Shown: piece after piece, positions 20,196-31,049 of the stretch
How positions within the stretch are numbered: the stretch's first letter is position 1
How the letters are laid out: the number at the start of each line of letters is the position of its first letter
Source of the DNA: an uncultured virus (IMG/VR IMGVR_UViG_3300021093_006163)
Lineage: Duplodnaviria; Heunggongvirae; Uroviricota; Caudoviricetes
Length of the DNA stretch: 62,316 nt
Strand: one strand, 5' to 3'
IMG/VR virus record: IMGVR_UViG_3300021093_006163
Program-made: the position numbers and the translations under genes
Notes under the pieces: model-generated
Told to the model about the DNA's origin: nothing
What the model saw: the letters and a program-made list of their open reading frames with translations, nothing else
The model's database searches: none

Positions 20196-23014
20196 TGCAA
20201 ACCAAAGCTGCCCGTAACCGTAATTCCAAAGATAAGATTATTTGGCCCAGAAGAAACAGTCGTTGTTGTTGGAAGAGCTCCTCTATTGTGAAATACACCG
20301 TCATCTATGAAAGGGATTGAAGATGTGCAAGATGTGCTTAGATTGCTGCACTGCGTCAAGCTCGGATCGACAGGCGTGCTAGTCTGCTGTTTGACAAATT
20401 TTGCCGCAGTGACCGGAACACCAACGATGTCCTTTCCACCCTGAGTTGTGACTATCTTTCCATCTCTTCCTTGTTCAAGCATATCTCTAAATTGTCCAAA
20501 TCTGTCTCTTCTGAAGACACAGCTAGGCCCCATTAGGCGCGTGCTCATCATGCCATATCTTATCGATGCTGCACCGCTATATTTCTTGTTGATGGTGGTA
20601 GGAACTAAAACTGTTGAATTTGATCCGTTGTAATAAAGCAAAAACCTTGCTGCATCACCTGTTGCGGTTCCATCCGGCGCGGCTCCTGCACCTGCTGATG
20701 TTAAAAGCTGAACTACAACATTCCTTACTCTTGCCTCACCCTGCTCCTTTTCATAGGTAAATGGACGTTCAAGCATTATATTAGAGGATCGATTATTTTC
20801 AACAACATATCCGTTTCCGGATTCAGCTTGCATAATAATTGCAGGAAGTCTCGTAAGAACAGTCAATCCGGTAGATGTGTTTCTCAGGTTAGTTGTAATA
20901 ACTGCTGGAGCAGGAAGAAATGTATCATGGTAAGTCTGGTTTTCAAATTGGAGTCGTACGTTTCGCTGGAGAGAACCTGTAATTCCTGTTTCAAAACTGG
21001 TTCCTCTGCCGTGTATTTTTCGTGTCAAAGAACCGATGCTTATAGATCCTCCGATAAAATTATCAACATAAGAGGCAGAAAGAATCTTTTTATCGTAAGT
21101 GTCAAACTGATCATAAGGTCCTGATTCTTGTATGGCTTCATGAATTGCATCAGATCCAAGGTGCTGGTTCAAGGAAGGCAAGGACTGCACCTTGTTTGAT
21201 ATAGTGGAACCGTACAGTGTGATGTTTGCATCTCCGCTTTTTATTATCAGACGAGACCCTGTCACATCGAGAACACTTCTATCTGTGCCAGATTTTTGTC
21301 TACCAGGGGATTGAATATTGGAATTGGCACCCGATTCAATTCCAAATACAAGTTCATCTTCAGGAAATAAGACAACAGGAGTTTGACGAGCAGGCGCTAA
21401 AGTAGATACTGTTTCAATTGGCGCGATTGTGTCTGATAATCCGCTTCCCGATCCAATTAGGAACTCATCTCCTTCCCAGAAGGAAGAAACTAAAGCTCTT
21501 GTGCTAGGCTGACACTGCAGGTTGCTAATTCTCGGTGGAATTGCTCCTGACATTGCGTTTAAGTTTCTAATTAAAGCTGGCGATGCAGACCTTAAATCAA
21601 TCAGCCCAGTGCTTCCAGATCCGATTTGTCCACCTCTCCAGAAGTTTTGTATAAATACGCTGCTAGTTAGCGCGGCCGGGGTGGACACGATGTCGTCGCT
21701 ACCGGCAAGCTTGGATGTTGTTCCAAACGAACTCTGAAAGGTTAGAGGCCTAAAATTCATTTTAATAACAGCATCTATGCTTTGTGATACCGGACTCAAG
21801 CTAGATGATGCAAGTTTTGTTCCCATTGAAAAAGAGAGAGCCTTTGCATAGGCGTGAATTGGACGTGTTCCGAGGCTTACTGAATCAAGAACTATTTCAT
21901 TGAAAAAACAGAAGGACTCTTTTGCAATTAAATATCGCAGACTGCTTGAAACATCTTGTCTGCTATCGGGATTTGCATTTGATCTATTTTGAACATAGAT
22001 GAAAAATACGTGGTTATCAATATCTCTTCCAAATCCATAATCAAATAGTGTAGGCGGCTCGCCCGGATTTGGCGGCGTCTGTGTTCGAACAGCCCGAACA
22101 GGAAGAGTGACAGTTATTCTATCTACGACAAAGGGATCATTGATATAATCAGAAAGCCTAATTCCACTTCCGGTTGTTGCATGATATCTGGGAGCATATG
22201 GTGCCTCAAAAAAAGAAGTTGGCTCTCCGATCCTATGATATCCTCTTGCTTCGAGCGCTTCAACACTTTTTGGAACATATTGAGGACCTTCAGAAATTAT
22301 ACTGTAAGGGCTACTTGCAAATTGGCAAAGAAACTCTTTGTTCCCTGCAGATACTTGTGCAAGGCTTGTTCCAGGTGCAGTAAGTTTCTGATGATCAAGC
22401 TTTAGAACAGGATCATATTTAATTGTCTGACCAGTAGACGGATCTCTGGTTCCTATATCTTGCCAGGATTTTTTTAAATAATCGTAATACAGAAATCCAG
22501 ATCCCTGCTGGCCCGAGAATGGGCCTGACGTGTTCTTTGCATCTCCCTCATTCAATTTCAACACATCAAAGTCTGCCTGTGTCGATATATCAAATATTAG
22601 TGCTGTTTTATCCCTATCTGATGAACTAAATCCCGGATAATTTTCCTCTGGAAAGCCTAGACCATCTGACTTTTTCAAATAGGCAGTTATATTGCTTCCT
22701 TCTTTGAAAGGATTGATAGGTGATGAATTTATCGACTTTTCAAGAAATGCATTTGAATCGCCAAGAGAAGCTGTAACAAGAAGTGTCCCAGTCAGAAATC
22801 CAGAACTTCCTGCTTTTTCCCCGGAGATCATATAGGGAGCAAGTAGAACTTGAGAATTTTTAAAAACTATTGTTGACTTAGTATCATCAAAAGGAGATGA
22901 ATATTTTCCTAGCTCATTTTGGTATCCAGTGCGAACAATCGGTGGAAGTGTATTGACTGAATCTTTTTGCCGAATATAAGCACGAGGAGAAACATTTAGA
23001 AATCTACTTTTCAT
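20192..23014 (-). CDS. Large Ser/Gly/Thr-rich putative virion protein (940 aa)
   Basis: Structural block; many SGS/TGS/SSS motifs; no catalytic motif seen. Confidence 0.6.
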   Translation of the reverse strand: MKSRFLNVSPRAYIRQKDSVNTLPPIVRTGYQNELGKYSSPFDDTKSTIVFKNSQVLLAPYMISGEKAGSSGFLTGTLLVTASLGDSNAFLEKSINSSPINPFKEGSNITAYLKKSDGLGFPEENYPGFSSSDRDKTALIFDISTQADFDVLKLNEGDAKNTSGPFSGQQGSGFLYYDYLKKSWQDIGTRDPSTGQTIKYDPVLKLDHQKLTAPGTSLAQVSAGNKEFLCQFASSPYSIISEGPQYVPKSVEALEARGYHRIGEPTSFFEAPYAPRYHATTGSGIRLSDYINDPFVVDRITVTLPVRAVRTQTPPNPGEPPTLFDYGFGRDIDNHVFFIYVQNRSNANPDSRQDVSSSLRYLIAKESFCFFNEIVLDSVSLGTRPIHAYAKALSFSMGTKLASSSLSPVSQSIDAVIKMNFRPLTFQSSFGTTSKLAGSDDIVSTPAALTSSVFIQNFWRGGQIGSGSTGLIDLRSASPALIRNLNAMSGAIPPRISNLQCQPSTRALVSSFWEGDEFLIGSGSGLSDTIAPIETVSTLAPARQTPVVLFPEDELVFGIESGANSNIQSPGRQKSGTDRSVLDVTGSRLIIKSGDANITLYGSTISNKVQSLPSLNQHLGSDAIHEAIQESGPYDQFDTYDKKILSASYVDNFIGGSISIGSLTRKIHGRGTSFETGITGSLQRNVRLQFENQTYHDTFLPAPAVITTNLRNTSTGLTVLTRLPAIIMQAESGNGYVVENNRSSNIMLERPFTYEKEQGEARVRNVVVQLLTSAGAGAAPDGTATGDAARFLLYYNGSNSTVLVPTTINKKYSGAASIRYGMMSTRLMGPSCVFRRDRFGQFRDMLEQGRDGKIVTTQGGKDIVGVPVTAAKFVKQQTSTPVDPSLTQCSNLSTSCTSSIPFIDDGVFHNRGALPTTTTVSSGPNNLIFGITVTGSFGLQ

Positions 23015-23721
23015 TTTTTAAGTCCTGCAAATGCGATTGAGTCTGTCCCAAATTCTGCAGAGTAAAGTGTCATTCCAAAAGCACCCGTCTCATAATCAGA
23101 ATCATAGTCTCCGGTGTCAATCTGTATTCCTAGATCGTTTATGTCTACAACATCATTGAAAACCATTCTAGTAACCGAATTATTTCCGTAGAAACCAACA
23201 CGAGGTACTCCTAGCTCCGACTCTCCTCCATCGAGGAAAGGATTGTACCGCATTCCTTCGCTGTAGCCAGAGATTGAATCGTTTGTGACCTTTATTCCTC
23301 TGGTCTGGAATGGAAGTTCTTCTTTTGCTATGTATCCTCTCGCACTAATGTTGAAAACTGTAATTCTTCCATCCTTGGATGTCTCTTCTTCGAAATCAAT
23401 GGTTTTTTTAACTATGATCTCTCCTGCACTTAAAACATGCACAGGATTAACTCTTTCATTTTGATCTTGGTATGGCTCAAAGTCTAGTGCATTTGTAAGC
23501 TGACCAATAACGATAGGAGAAATCTCTTGATCAATGATACCGTCATCTCTCATGTCTGCCCAGCGCCCAGAAGAGATGAAAATCTGATTTGATCTTCTAA
23601 AGACGTCTCTTCCTCTCCTTATCTCAACTCCATACCCGTTTTTATCGGGAACAAACGAGACATTAGATGATTGGACATAGTTAGTCTCTCTAAGCCTGCC
23701 TTCATCTTTAAATGGCTTCAT
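23011..23721 (-). CDS. Hypothetical protein, probably structural
   Basis: 236 aa, ATGA overlaps at both ends. Confidence 0.6.
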   Translation of the reverse strand: MKPFKDEGRLRETNYVQSSNVSFVPDKNGYGVEIRRGRDVFRRSNQIFISSGRWADMRDDGIIDQEISPIVIGQLTNALDFEPYQDQNERVNPVHVLSAGEIIVKKTIDFEEETSKDGRITVFNISARGYIAKEELPFQTRGIKVTNDSISGYSEGMRYNPFLDGGESELGVPRVGFYGNNSVTRMVFNDVVDINDLGIQIDTGDYDSDYETGAFGMTLYSAEFGTDSIAFAGLKK

Positions 23722-26700
23722 TTGCTTTTCAAAACTCCATCAATATTTTCACTACTGATATTTAAAATATTTGTAGAATAATCAAGAACAACATCTTCAT
23801 ACTTAAGACCTACCATGTCATTTGTTAGCATGAACATTTGATCAAACCTGTATTTTATTTTTGCTCTCTCTAGGATGTGGGGTTCAATAATGTAGTTTAT
23901 TCCTAAAAACTTTGTTCTTTTTGGCAGAACTGATTCGACAATATCAGTAAGCGCAACATCAACCCATCTGAAAACATCATATGTCCTTGCTAGATCCATC
24001 TTTCCAGTCAGCCTATTGAAATAGACATCTGAAAAATGATCTATCCTTGAGTATGAATCATTGAAAAAATCACGCGGCTGACCTAGCACGTCTTCAAGAT
24101 ACTGAACGTCTCCGATAGTAGAAATAACATCCTCATTCAGCGCTTTGACAACAGAGTGCTCAATTGAAAATCTTGTATCATCAACTATCTCAGTAGTGTC
24201 ATAAATCTCATAAGCAGGTCCTGAAATAATGTAGTCAGGATCAGATTCAGCTGGGTTATTGAGGCCCCGCACTCTTACCTTGTTGTAGACTTGCTGCAAA
24301 TCAAATCTCGGAGATACTCGATCTACGTAGACAGTTTGCGGTTTTATTATTTCTGTGTTGGCAGAAAATCCTGATCCTAGAAAATGCATTGAATTCTGAC
24401 TAAAATCAAATATTCTAATGTTCCCAGATCCATCTGAAGCTGTAGTTGCCTGATCACAGGATGCATCAATTCTTAGTCTCTGGAATGCTCCGGTCTGGAC
24501 GAGGTCAAAACCTAAACCAATTTCTGGGTTGCTAGTCCCGATGCTAGCAAAATTTCTTGACCTTTCGATGAATGAAGCATCACCAATCGCCTGAGACTGA
24601 AATCTGATTCCTGAAATTTTTCCAGTAAACCTAGAAGTAATATAATCAGAGTACGAGTTTAAAAATCTTGTAGACGCTGAAAAACTTTGAGAGCCTACTA
24701 TTGTGTAAGTCCCAGATGCATTGAAAGTAGGTATTAAATTCTGAAACACATTGAGACCTGGTGAGACTGATGTTTCCGAATAAAAAGCTGCGTCTTTGAA
24801 GAAAGTTACATTCTCTCCGACCTGTCGCGCACATCTTAAAGTGTAGCTTGAAGATAAAAATCCTGCTTCATCTGCTCTTTTTCTTTCAATGCCTACAGTC
24901 CACCGCTCTCCGTCAAAGAGATTTACTCCCGATACAAAGAGGATCAAAGGTTTTGGCTGATTTATCGGTATTTCAGCAGAGGCATTTAGCGCTAAAGTAA
25001 GATTTCCAGTTTCATCACTTGTTCTATCAAAGAAGACGTTAGCAACAAGAAAGTCTCTAGGTAATGAGCTTCCTGTTGTTAAGAGTCTGAAGAGGCTCTG
25101 TCTGGAGGGATGATTTAATCTTTTGTCGAAAATAAATGAAGCATCAATTGAAAAAGATCCTGAAGTTAAGAGACCATCATTTGTTGAATTTGAAATTCCG
25201 TGAAAGAATTGATCAGATTTATTAACGAAAGTTCCAACAGGATCTGGAAATCCAATTTCGACTCTAGACGCGCTTAAAAATGGACTAATTATTCTTGGTG
25301 AATTTGACATGACCCCAGGAGAGACAAAAACTCCTGTAGGAGTTAAAATACTTCCTGAGAAGTCTAGGACAGATATAACCTCTTCAGATTTATCTCTCAG
25401 ATTCTTTATCCTGGTTTCTCCTGCCATTCCAAGCTCTCTTATCACAAAGAAATTTTCAGGAACTATTCCTGAAGATAAGAGAATTGACCTAACAGCGCCT
25501 CTTGTTCCCTTTGATGAAACAATGTAGGGCATATTGTAAAGAAGTCTTCTCCACAAATCGTCCCTCAATCCACGAAGTGTGTATCTTGTGACTACATCAT
25601 CTTCTATGTTCTCTCCAAAAGAAAATTGATCCACTGTTGACTTAGCGAAAAAGTTTGGAAGAGTGATCCCAAAATAATCTGCAGCGTACCTTATCATCTG
25701 TCCGCTAATTTGAGTATCGCTTCCCGGCTCAATCGCAAGAACTTTAGATAAGTCATCTGCAAACTGTTTTATTTCATCGAGAGAGATTGACATTATTACG
25801 AGAATTCTTAAAAGAGGAGAAGAATTATGAAGCTCTCCAGTTCCAGGAATACTGGCAAGCTTCGGAGCAATGCCAATTCCAGAATCATACTGAGGCGAGC
25901 CCGATGCAAGGGCACTTTCCTCAAGGTAATGAAGCGGTACAAGACTCAAGATGTTATTTGGGTTTATTGCGTCATAAGATTCAGAATCACTAAGGAGTCT
26001 ATTTATTAAGTTCTCAAATTGATCATAGTCAGGATACAATACTGGGCTAAAGTAAGCGTCCTGTAGAGTCATTGGATTAGAAATAGAAGCTGCAACTCTC
26101 AGACTTTCTGAATAATTTTGTATCCTGCTGTGAAGGCAGTGTCCTGAATAATCAAGGACAACATCTCTCATGTCATACGATCCTGACGGCTCGTCAAATC
26201 TAAAGTATAGTCCTAAGCTTGAAGTTGCAAATATCTGTGTTTTTTGCTGTAGTTCTACCTTGCTCTGATCTCTCTGATCAGTAAAAAATCTGAACTCATC
26301 AAGTGCACCGCTTAGTGTCTCAACTGGGGAAAAGCTGTAATCAAGTATGGAGTGCGTGCTCCCGCTTCCAATATTGAAGTTTGCAGTGTCAAAGACTAGA
26401 CTTCCAAAATCCTGAATGTCAGAAGATGACGCAATCAAAAGATTATTTACGTATATTTTTGCTTTTTTTCCACCATTTTCTTTTTCAAGGCATGCTCTAA
26501 CATGAGAAAATTGCCCCTTAGAACAAGAACCTGATGCGATAACATAAGAATCAGAAGCAGAAGAAACTAGAAAAATAATCTTGCATTGATCTGTCTGGCT
26601 TGATGATGAGAGAGCCAAAGTAAAAGCAGATTTAGTCTGACTTCTCTGGCAAATCACCTGATTATCATTGAGTATTTCTGGAATGTATAAATGAGTCTCT

Positions 26701-27197
26701 ATCTCAAACGGGTTGTGATCTACGTTGAGAAAATTCTCTCCTGTCGCTCCTGGTACTCCAAAAAATTCATTTCCTGCGAAAGGACTCACAGAAATGTAAG
26801 ACCCGTTGGGCCCTTGAGACCCTGAAAAGAAAAGAAATCCCTTGTTTTTAGGAATTTGATCGAAGACGTACTTTTCAAATCCTGTTAATCTTGTTATGAA
26901 CCTCTCAACATTTGCCTTTGATCCTGTATAAGGAAACTCATTTATGCACTTGTGAAGCGCGATGTCAACTTTTGCGCGTGCAGGAGAGAAGAAAGTGTGA
27001 TTTTGAAATTTGGAAAAATCTATGTTCAGCTGCTGGGTTGACTTGAAGGGTGCAGCGTAGGAATCAAGTAAAAAATTATCGCTGGAAAAGTCATGATCTC
27101 CCAAAGAGTCATTTGTGACATTCTTTTTAACGCTGTTTGTCGTTGTCTGCGTCTTTTTGCTTCTAAAAAGAGGCGGACGAGTTCTTAGCTTTGCCAT
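23718..27197 (-). CDS. Putative baseplate wedge protein with LamG/concanavalin-like domains
   Basis: FSHV...KIYVN...FNIG...SGALDEFRFF...YFRFDE...DYSG is a LamG pattern, with a second copy near the C-terminus; LWRRLLYNMPYI..SKGT and IIEPHILER resemble wedge/tail-I-type motifs. Confidence 0.65.
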   Translation of the reverse strand: MAKLRTRPPLFRSKKTQTTTNSVKKNVTNDSLGDHDFSSDNFLLDSYAAPFKSTQQLNIDFSKFQNHTFFSPARAKVDIALHKCINEFPYTGSKANVERFITRLTGFEKYVFDQIPKNKGFLFFSGSQGPNGSYISVSPFAGNEFFGVPGATGENFLNVDHNPFEIETHLYIPEILNDNQVICQRSQTKSAFTLALSSSSQTDQCKIIFLVSSASDSYVIASGSCSKGQFSHVRACLEKENGGKKAKIYVNNLLIASSSDIQDFGSLVFDTANFNIGSGSTHSILDYSFSPVETLSGALDEFRFFTDQRDQSKVELQQKTQIFATSSLGLYFRFDEPSGSYDMRDVVLDYSGHCLHSRIQNYSESLRVAASISNPMTLQDAYFSPVLYPDYDQFENLINRLLSDSESYDAINPNNILSLVPLHYLEESALASGSPQYDSGIGIAPKLASIPGTGELHNSSPLLRILVIMSISLDEIKQFADDLSKVLAIEPGSDTQISGQMIRYAADYFGITLPNFFAKSTVDQFSFGENIEDDVVTRYTLRGLRDDLWRRLLYNMPYIVSSKGTRGAVRSILLSSGIVPENFFVIRELGMAGETRIKNLRDKSEEVISVLDFSGSILTPTGVFVSPGVMSNSPRIISPFLSASRVEIGFPDPVGTFVNKSDQFFHGISNSTNDGLLTSGSFSIDASFIFDKRLNHPSRQSLFRLLTTGSSLPRDFLVANVFFDRTSDETGNLTLALNASAEIPINQPKPLILFVSGVNLFDGERWTVGIERKRADEAGFLSSSYTLRCARQVGENVTFFKDAAFYSETSVSPGLNVFQNLIPTFNASGTYTIVGSQSFSASTRFLNSYSDYITSRFTGKISGIRFQSQAIGDASFIERSRNFASIGTSNPEIGLGFDLVQTGAFQRLRIDASCDQATTASDGSGNIRIFDFSQNSMHFLGSGFSANTEIIKPQTVYVDRVSPRFDLQQVYNKVRVRGLNNPAESDPDYIISGPAYEIYDTTEIVDDTRFSIEHSVVKALNEDVISTIGDVQYLEDVLGQPRDFFNDSYSRIDHFSDVYFNRLTGKMDLARTYDVFRWVDVALTDIVESVLPKRTKFLGINYIIEPHILERAKIKYRFDQMFMLTNDMVGLKYEDVVLDYSTNILNISSENIDGVLKSK

Positions 27198-27199
27198 TC

Positions 27200-28714
27200 T
27201 TATTCTACCCTAAATTTGGCAGCCACGTCATTGATAACTATGTTTCTTCCCTTTGTTGAGATCTTGAAGTCAAAAGTGTAAGTTCTTCCCTTGGGGAGAG
27301 ATGACATGTAAAAATCAAAATAATGAGATGTTGAATCATTCGATACACGAGTCCCAGGGTCGTGAAAAGGAATTATGACATCGTCACTTTCAAAGTCTCT
27401 GATTCTATAGAGGCAGTTCTCAACTATAACACCAATGTTTTCAATTGGTGTTTTAACAAAAGTAACAGGCCGTGTGAAATCCTCGATAAACATCTTGAAT
27501 CTTACTTTTTCATCGCTCTTGTAGGCAGCTTGCATGTTTGTAATATTAATAAAATACCGCTCTGGGGTTTGAGTAAAATACGTGGCATCTATCCCCTTTA
27601 TCTCAAGTGCGCCTGTTGCAAACTGTACAGTCTGATCAGTTGATAGCCACTTAACTCCAAACACAAGATTGCTTGCGTTGCTACTTGTTAGATAGGCTCT
27701 AATGTCAGAGTCAAATGAATTTACCAAAAAGCTTGAGCTGTAGATTCCAGTTATTGGAACGGATCCAATCTTGTGCTGCGATGCGTTGTAAGTACGAGCT
27801 ATACTACCTGACTGAAGCTTAACCACGAGACAATTATTTCCTGTCAGACTCGTCAGAGAGGATCCCGAAGTTAAGCTTGTAGCAACGCCCTTTGAGAATG
27901 AATTCAGAAATATAGATCCTGTTGAATTAAATTCAAATAAATTTGTTTCATCTGAAATGACATCGTTATATGTCACTATCAATTTCGGTCTTTTTGCCGT
28001 ATTTGTGGTGTTTCTTGACGCAAATCTCTTCACAAATCTTGTCTTGGTGTCCTGCTCTTGACTTCCTGTAAATGATATTCTAAACCCTGCGTCTGGTAGC
28101 TGATTTGAGAGCACGCCTGACACGATCTTTGTGACATCAACGTTTAAATCTTCCTCTCCTGTTGAAAAAACCTGGAGAGATTCGAATGAAACAATCCCTA
28201 ACCCGTCATTCAGGTTTCCTCTTGTGAAGTAATCAACATTTTGATTTCCAAGATCTCCTCCGTGTGCCGCGCCTGACATAGACCAGGTAACTGCTGTCAG
28301 TGACACAGACGCTGTTATGAAGTTAACAACATCAATGTCTTCAAATCTCACAACATCTCGACCCTTACCTTCGTCGAAACTTTTTGAAAGAGGATAAACA
28401 ACAAGAGAAAAATTATTCGGAGTTGTCTGACCACCGTAGACATCATGAAGATATAAGCTGCAGGAAAAGCTTGGGCTACTTATGTCAAAATCACCCGATG
28501 TAAGAGATGATCTAAGGTCTTCTAGATCAAAGTGAATTATCGCACGACTTAGCTCTATCGGGGCATCTTCTCCACTGTAGGTGTTCTCGTCGTAGATCTT
28601 GAACAAATCTATAGTGCCAGCTTGACCTGTATTTGAGTCTGTCGCTCTAAGTGTATTAGAAATTATCTTATTTGTAATGTAAGAATCTTTATCAGCTTGA
28701 AATATTCTATACAT
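27200..28714 (-). CDS. Putative virion/baseplate protein (DNRLRE-like beta-sandwich)
   Basis: ADKDSYI...SRAIIHFDL...LYL...VDVTKIV...RPKLIVTY pattern; directly downstream of the gp6-like gene. Confidence 0.55.
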   Translation of the reverse strand: MYRIFQADKDSYITNKIISNTLRATDSNTGQAGTIDLFKIYDENTYSGEDAPIELSRAIIHFDLEDLRSSLTSGDFDISSPSFSCSLYLHDVYGGQTTPNNFSLVVYPLSKSFDEGKGRDVVRFEDIDVVNFITASVSLTAVTWSMSGAAHGGDLGNQNVDYFTRGNLNDGLGIVSFESLQVFSTGEEDLNVDVTKIVSGVLSNQLPDAGFRISFTGSQEQDTKTRFVKRFASRNTTNTAKRPKLIVTYNDVISDETNLFEFNSTGSIFLNSFSKGVATSLTSGSSLTSLTGNNCLVVKLQSGSIARTYNASQHKIGSVPITGIYSSSFLVNSFDSDIRAYLTSSNASNLVFGVKWLSTDQTVQFATGALEIKGIDATYFTQTPERYFINITNMQAAYKSDEKVRFKMFIEDFTRPVTFVKTPIENIGVIVENCLYRIRDFESDDVIIPFHDPGTRVSNDSTSHYFDFYMSSLPKGRTYTFDFKISTKGRNIVINDVAAKFRVE

Positions 28715-28722
28715 TTCTTCTC

Positions 28723-30573
28723 CTAGATTGCATTTCCAACAATATCAGAGTCTGGAAATTTTACCTCAAATATTCCTCCAAGCGGAGGTGATAAAAATCC
28801 TCGACGAATTGACCGTTTCGGGCTAATTGAAAAAGATGAATACTCTCTTCCGTCAATTTCTCCTGCAAGGCTCGTAAATTCGTAACTCTCAAGCCCAATT
28901 ACTCCATCTTGGTTCAGTATCAGATTTATCAGATCAGCAACCTGTACGGATCCGTCTATCTGCATGCTTGTTGTAGCAAGATAATTTTTCAGTGCATTAT
29001 TGATCTTTGTTATGATTCCCGATTTATCCTCTCTATCATCTATCGTGACCTGGTAACTGAAGCCGATGTTCACAATTTTTGCATCAAGTATGTCAAATGA
29101 ATCTGAAACTAATCTGAACTCATTTATGTAGGTTGAAATATTTCTTTTTAAAGTGTCCGGAGACTGTGTAAGAAAACCATCAGCATCTCTGCTAACAACA
29201 AATAGAAGCGATCCTAGTGGATTAACAGGATTTGACTGTATTCCTACTCTGAAAGCTCTTCCAAAATTTGAAGGCATAAGAAATACTCTTGCAATCAAGT
29301 CTTCCTTGGATACTACTCTATTTTGTGAATTTCTTATGCTTAGAGCGATGCTTCTAAGATCTTCTAGCGTTGGAGAGTTCTCTCCTCCTTGCGCATCTGA
29401 TTCATTCTTTATGGTAATAGAAGCTCGAACTGTTGCTGCCTTTGTTGATGCAATTGCCTCATTAAATTTTGTTACAAGATTGCTAACAGTCTTTATTGAG
29501 TTAGCAGAAACATTGTGTGATAATCCACCGCCATGCCGATATCTGACTCGTATTGTTGTGTTTGTCGGAGATATTCCTAGACTTTTTGAATTGATCATCG
29601 ACTTTGGATCAATTGAAACCTTTGAGAAGACCTTTTTATCTCCAAAAAGCGGAAGAGATACCTCGCTTGGATCCGGTAGAATATCATTGTCAAGTGTATC
29701 AGCTTGACCCGATCCAAATACTAAAGTTACTGCGCCGGAATCAGAATCAGCTCGTGTTGCAAATCTGTAGGGAGCAGGAATTACTGCAATTGCATTCTGC
29801 ACGTCTGCATAATCAGAATTATAGTTCTCTATGGCCTTGAAGACAGTGTCCTGTGATAAAGAATCCACCTCGTAGTATTCATTTCCTTCAGTGTCCTTCA
29901 CCAGAATAATTTCACTGACATTTGGATTTGACAAAGCAATTGTCTTGAATGGTGTTGCATCTGATCCAAACGTAAATTGCTCTTCTGATATTGCTCCTGA
30001 CATGCATTTTCCGGATCTAGTGACAATGTATGTCAGTGGATTTCCATCTGAGTCAGTAGTATTTACAGTCGATGTGTACAGAAATTTTCCAAATCCATCA
30101 ACTTCTGTGAAATCTAGATCATTTAGGAGAAAGAAAGAAACGCCTGTGTTTGATTGAACTCTTGATCCTGATTTTAAGACAGGTAGTTGAACAGTCGCGG
30201 GCAGATATCCAGTGCTTGTCAAGATTGAATCAACAGTAAAAGAAAAACTAACATCACAATACGCCGGAGAGGCTCCCCGTATTTTTACTCCTGCCAGCCT
30301 TATTAACCTTTCTACATTCGATCTTTCGACAGATGTCTCAAGATTTATTTCGTTAAACTGGTGATCCAGATAAAAAGAAGTGACATCTCCGACGTGTGCG
30401 ACCAAATCAAGAAGCATTCCGCCTACGGATGCTTCAGAAAAATCTTGAATCTTGTCTGGAAAATAAGTTCGAGCGTACTGTAGAAGCTCTGCACGTATTG
30501 AATCAAAATCTCGCGCAAGGTAGTTTCTTTGACGTTTCTTTTTTAGATCTTTCTTTACATTGTTAATTGCCAT
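28723..30573 (-). CDS. Baseplate wedge protein (T4 gp6/baseplate J-like)
   Basis: NYLARDFDSIRAEL, DFSEASVGGMLLD, FYLD, YRHGGG, AQGG and RVVSKED motifs. Confidence 0.88.
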   Translation of the reverse strand: MAINNVKKDLKKKRQRNYLARDFDSIRAELLQYARTYFPDKIQDFSEASVGGMLLDLVAHVGDVTSFYLDHQFNEINLETSVERSNVERLIRLAGVKIRGASPAYCDVSFSFTVDSILTSTGYLPATVQLPVLKSGSRVQSNTGVSFFLLNDLDFTEVDGFGKFLYTSTVNTTDSDGNPLTYIVTRSGKCMSGAISEEQFTFGSDATPFKTIALSNPNVSEIILVKDTEGNEYYEVDSLSQDTVFKAIENYNSDYADVQNAIAVIPAPYRFATRADSDSGAVTLVFGSGQADTLDNDILPDPSEVSLPLFGDKKVFSKVSIDPKSMINSKSLGISPTNTTIRVRYRHGGGLSHNVSANSIKTVSNLVTKFNEAIASTKAATVRASITIKNESDAQGGENSPTLEDLRSIALSIRNSQNRVVSKEDLIARVFLMPSNFGRAFRVGIQSNPVNPLGSLLFVVSRDADGFLTQSPDTLKRNISTYINEFRLVSDSFDILDAKIVNIGFSYQVTIDDREDKSGIITKINNALKNYLATTSMQIDGSVQVADLINLILNQDGVIGLESYEFTSLAGEIDGREYSSFSISPKRSIRRGFLSPPLGGIFEVKFPDSDIVGNAI

Positions 30574-30576
30574 TTT

Positions 30577-31044
30577 TTATCCATAATTTGAAATTGTAAC
30601 CTCAACTCTCTTTTTCTGCGTTGAAAGTCGAGGTATGGAAAAATCTACCTTCACTCTGATTTTTGCTATTCCCTGTTCATCAGTCTGTAAAACTTCAGTC
30701 TCGAACATGTCAAGGCTGATAAAAGGCATGTACTTTTCTGTTGTAGCCTTGATTAGATTCATGGCTTGTTCGTCATAATCTGCAATCGCGAGCCTCTCTG
30801 AGACTAGGGATCTAAGGTTTGCTCCAAAGTCATATGTGGGAAGACGCTCTCCGTGGTTGGTTAGGAGCATGTTTCTAAAATTATCAATTTGCTGGTCAAG
30901 AACAGAGAGTGACATTTCAAACGGGCCGCCAGTTTTCCTAGAAGCTCTCACTGGTGTCAAAATTCCAACTGGAATCGGTTGCACTTCTTGCACAGATCTT
31001 GGGTTGCTGGATTCTCCGACACTTTTGAAGCTATATGTCGCCAT
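30577..31044 (-). CDS. Baseplate protein gp25/GPW-like (sheath initiator)
   Basis: NFRNMLLTNHGERLPTYDFGANL is the gp25 signature; adjacent to the gp6-like gene. Confidence 0.9.
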   Translation of the reverse strand: MATYSFKSVGESSNPRSVQEVQPIPVGILTPVRASRKTGGPFEMSLSVLDQQIDNFRNMLLTNHGERLPTYDFGANLRSLVSERLAIADYDEQAMNLIKATTEKYMPFISLDMFETEVLQTDEQGIAKIRVKVDFSIPRLSTQKKRVEVTISNYG

Positions 31045-31049
31045 GTTCT

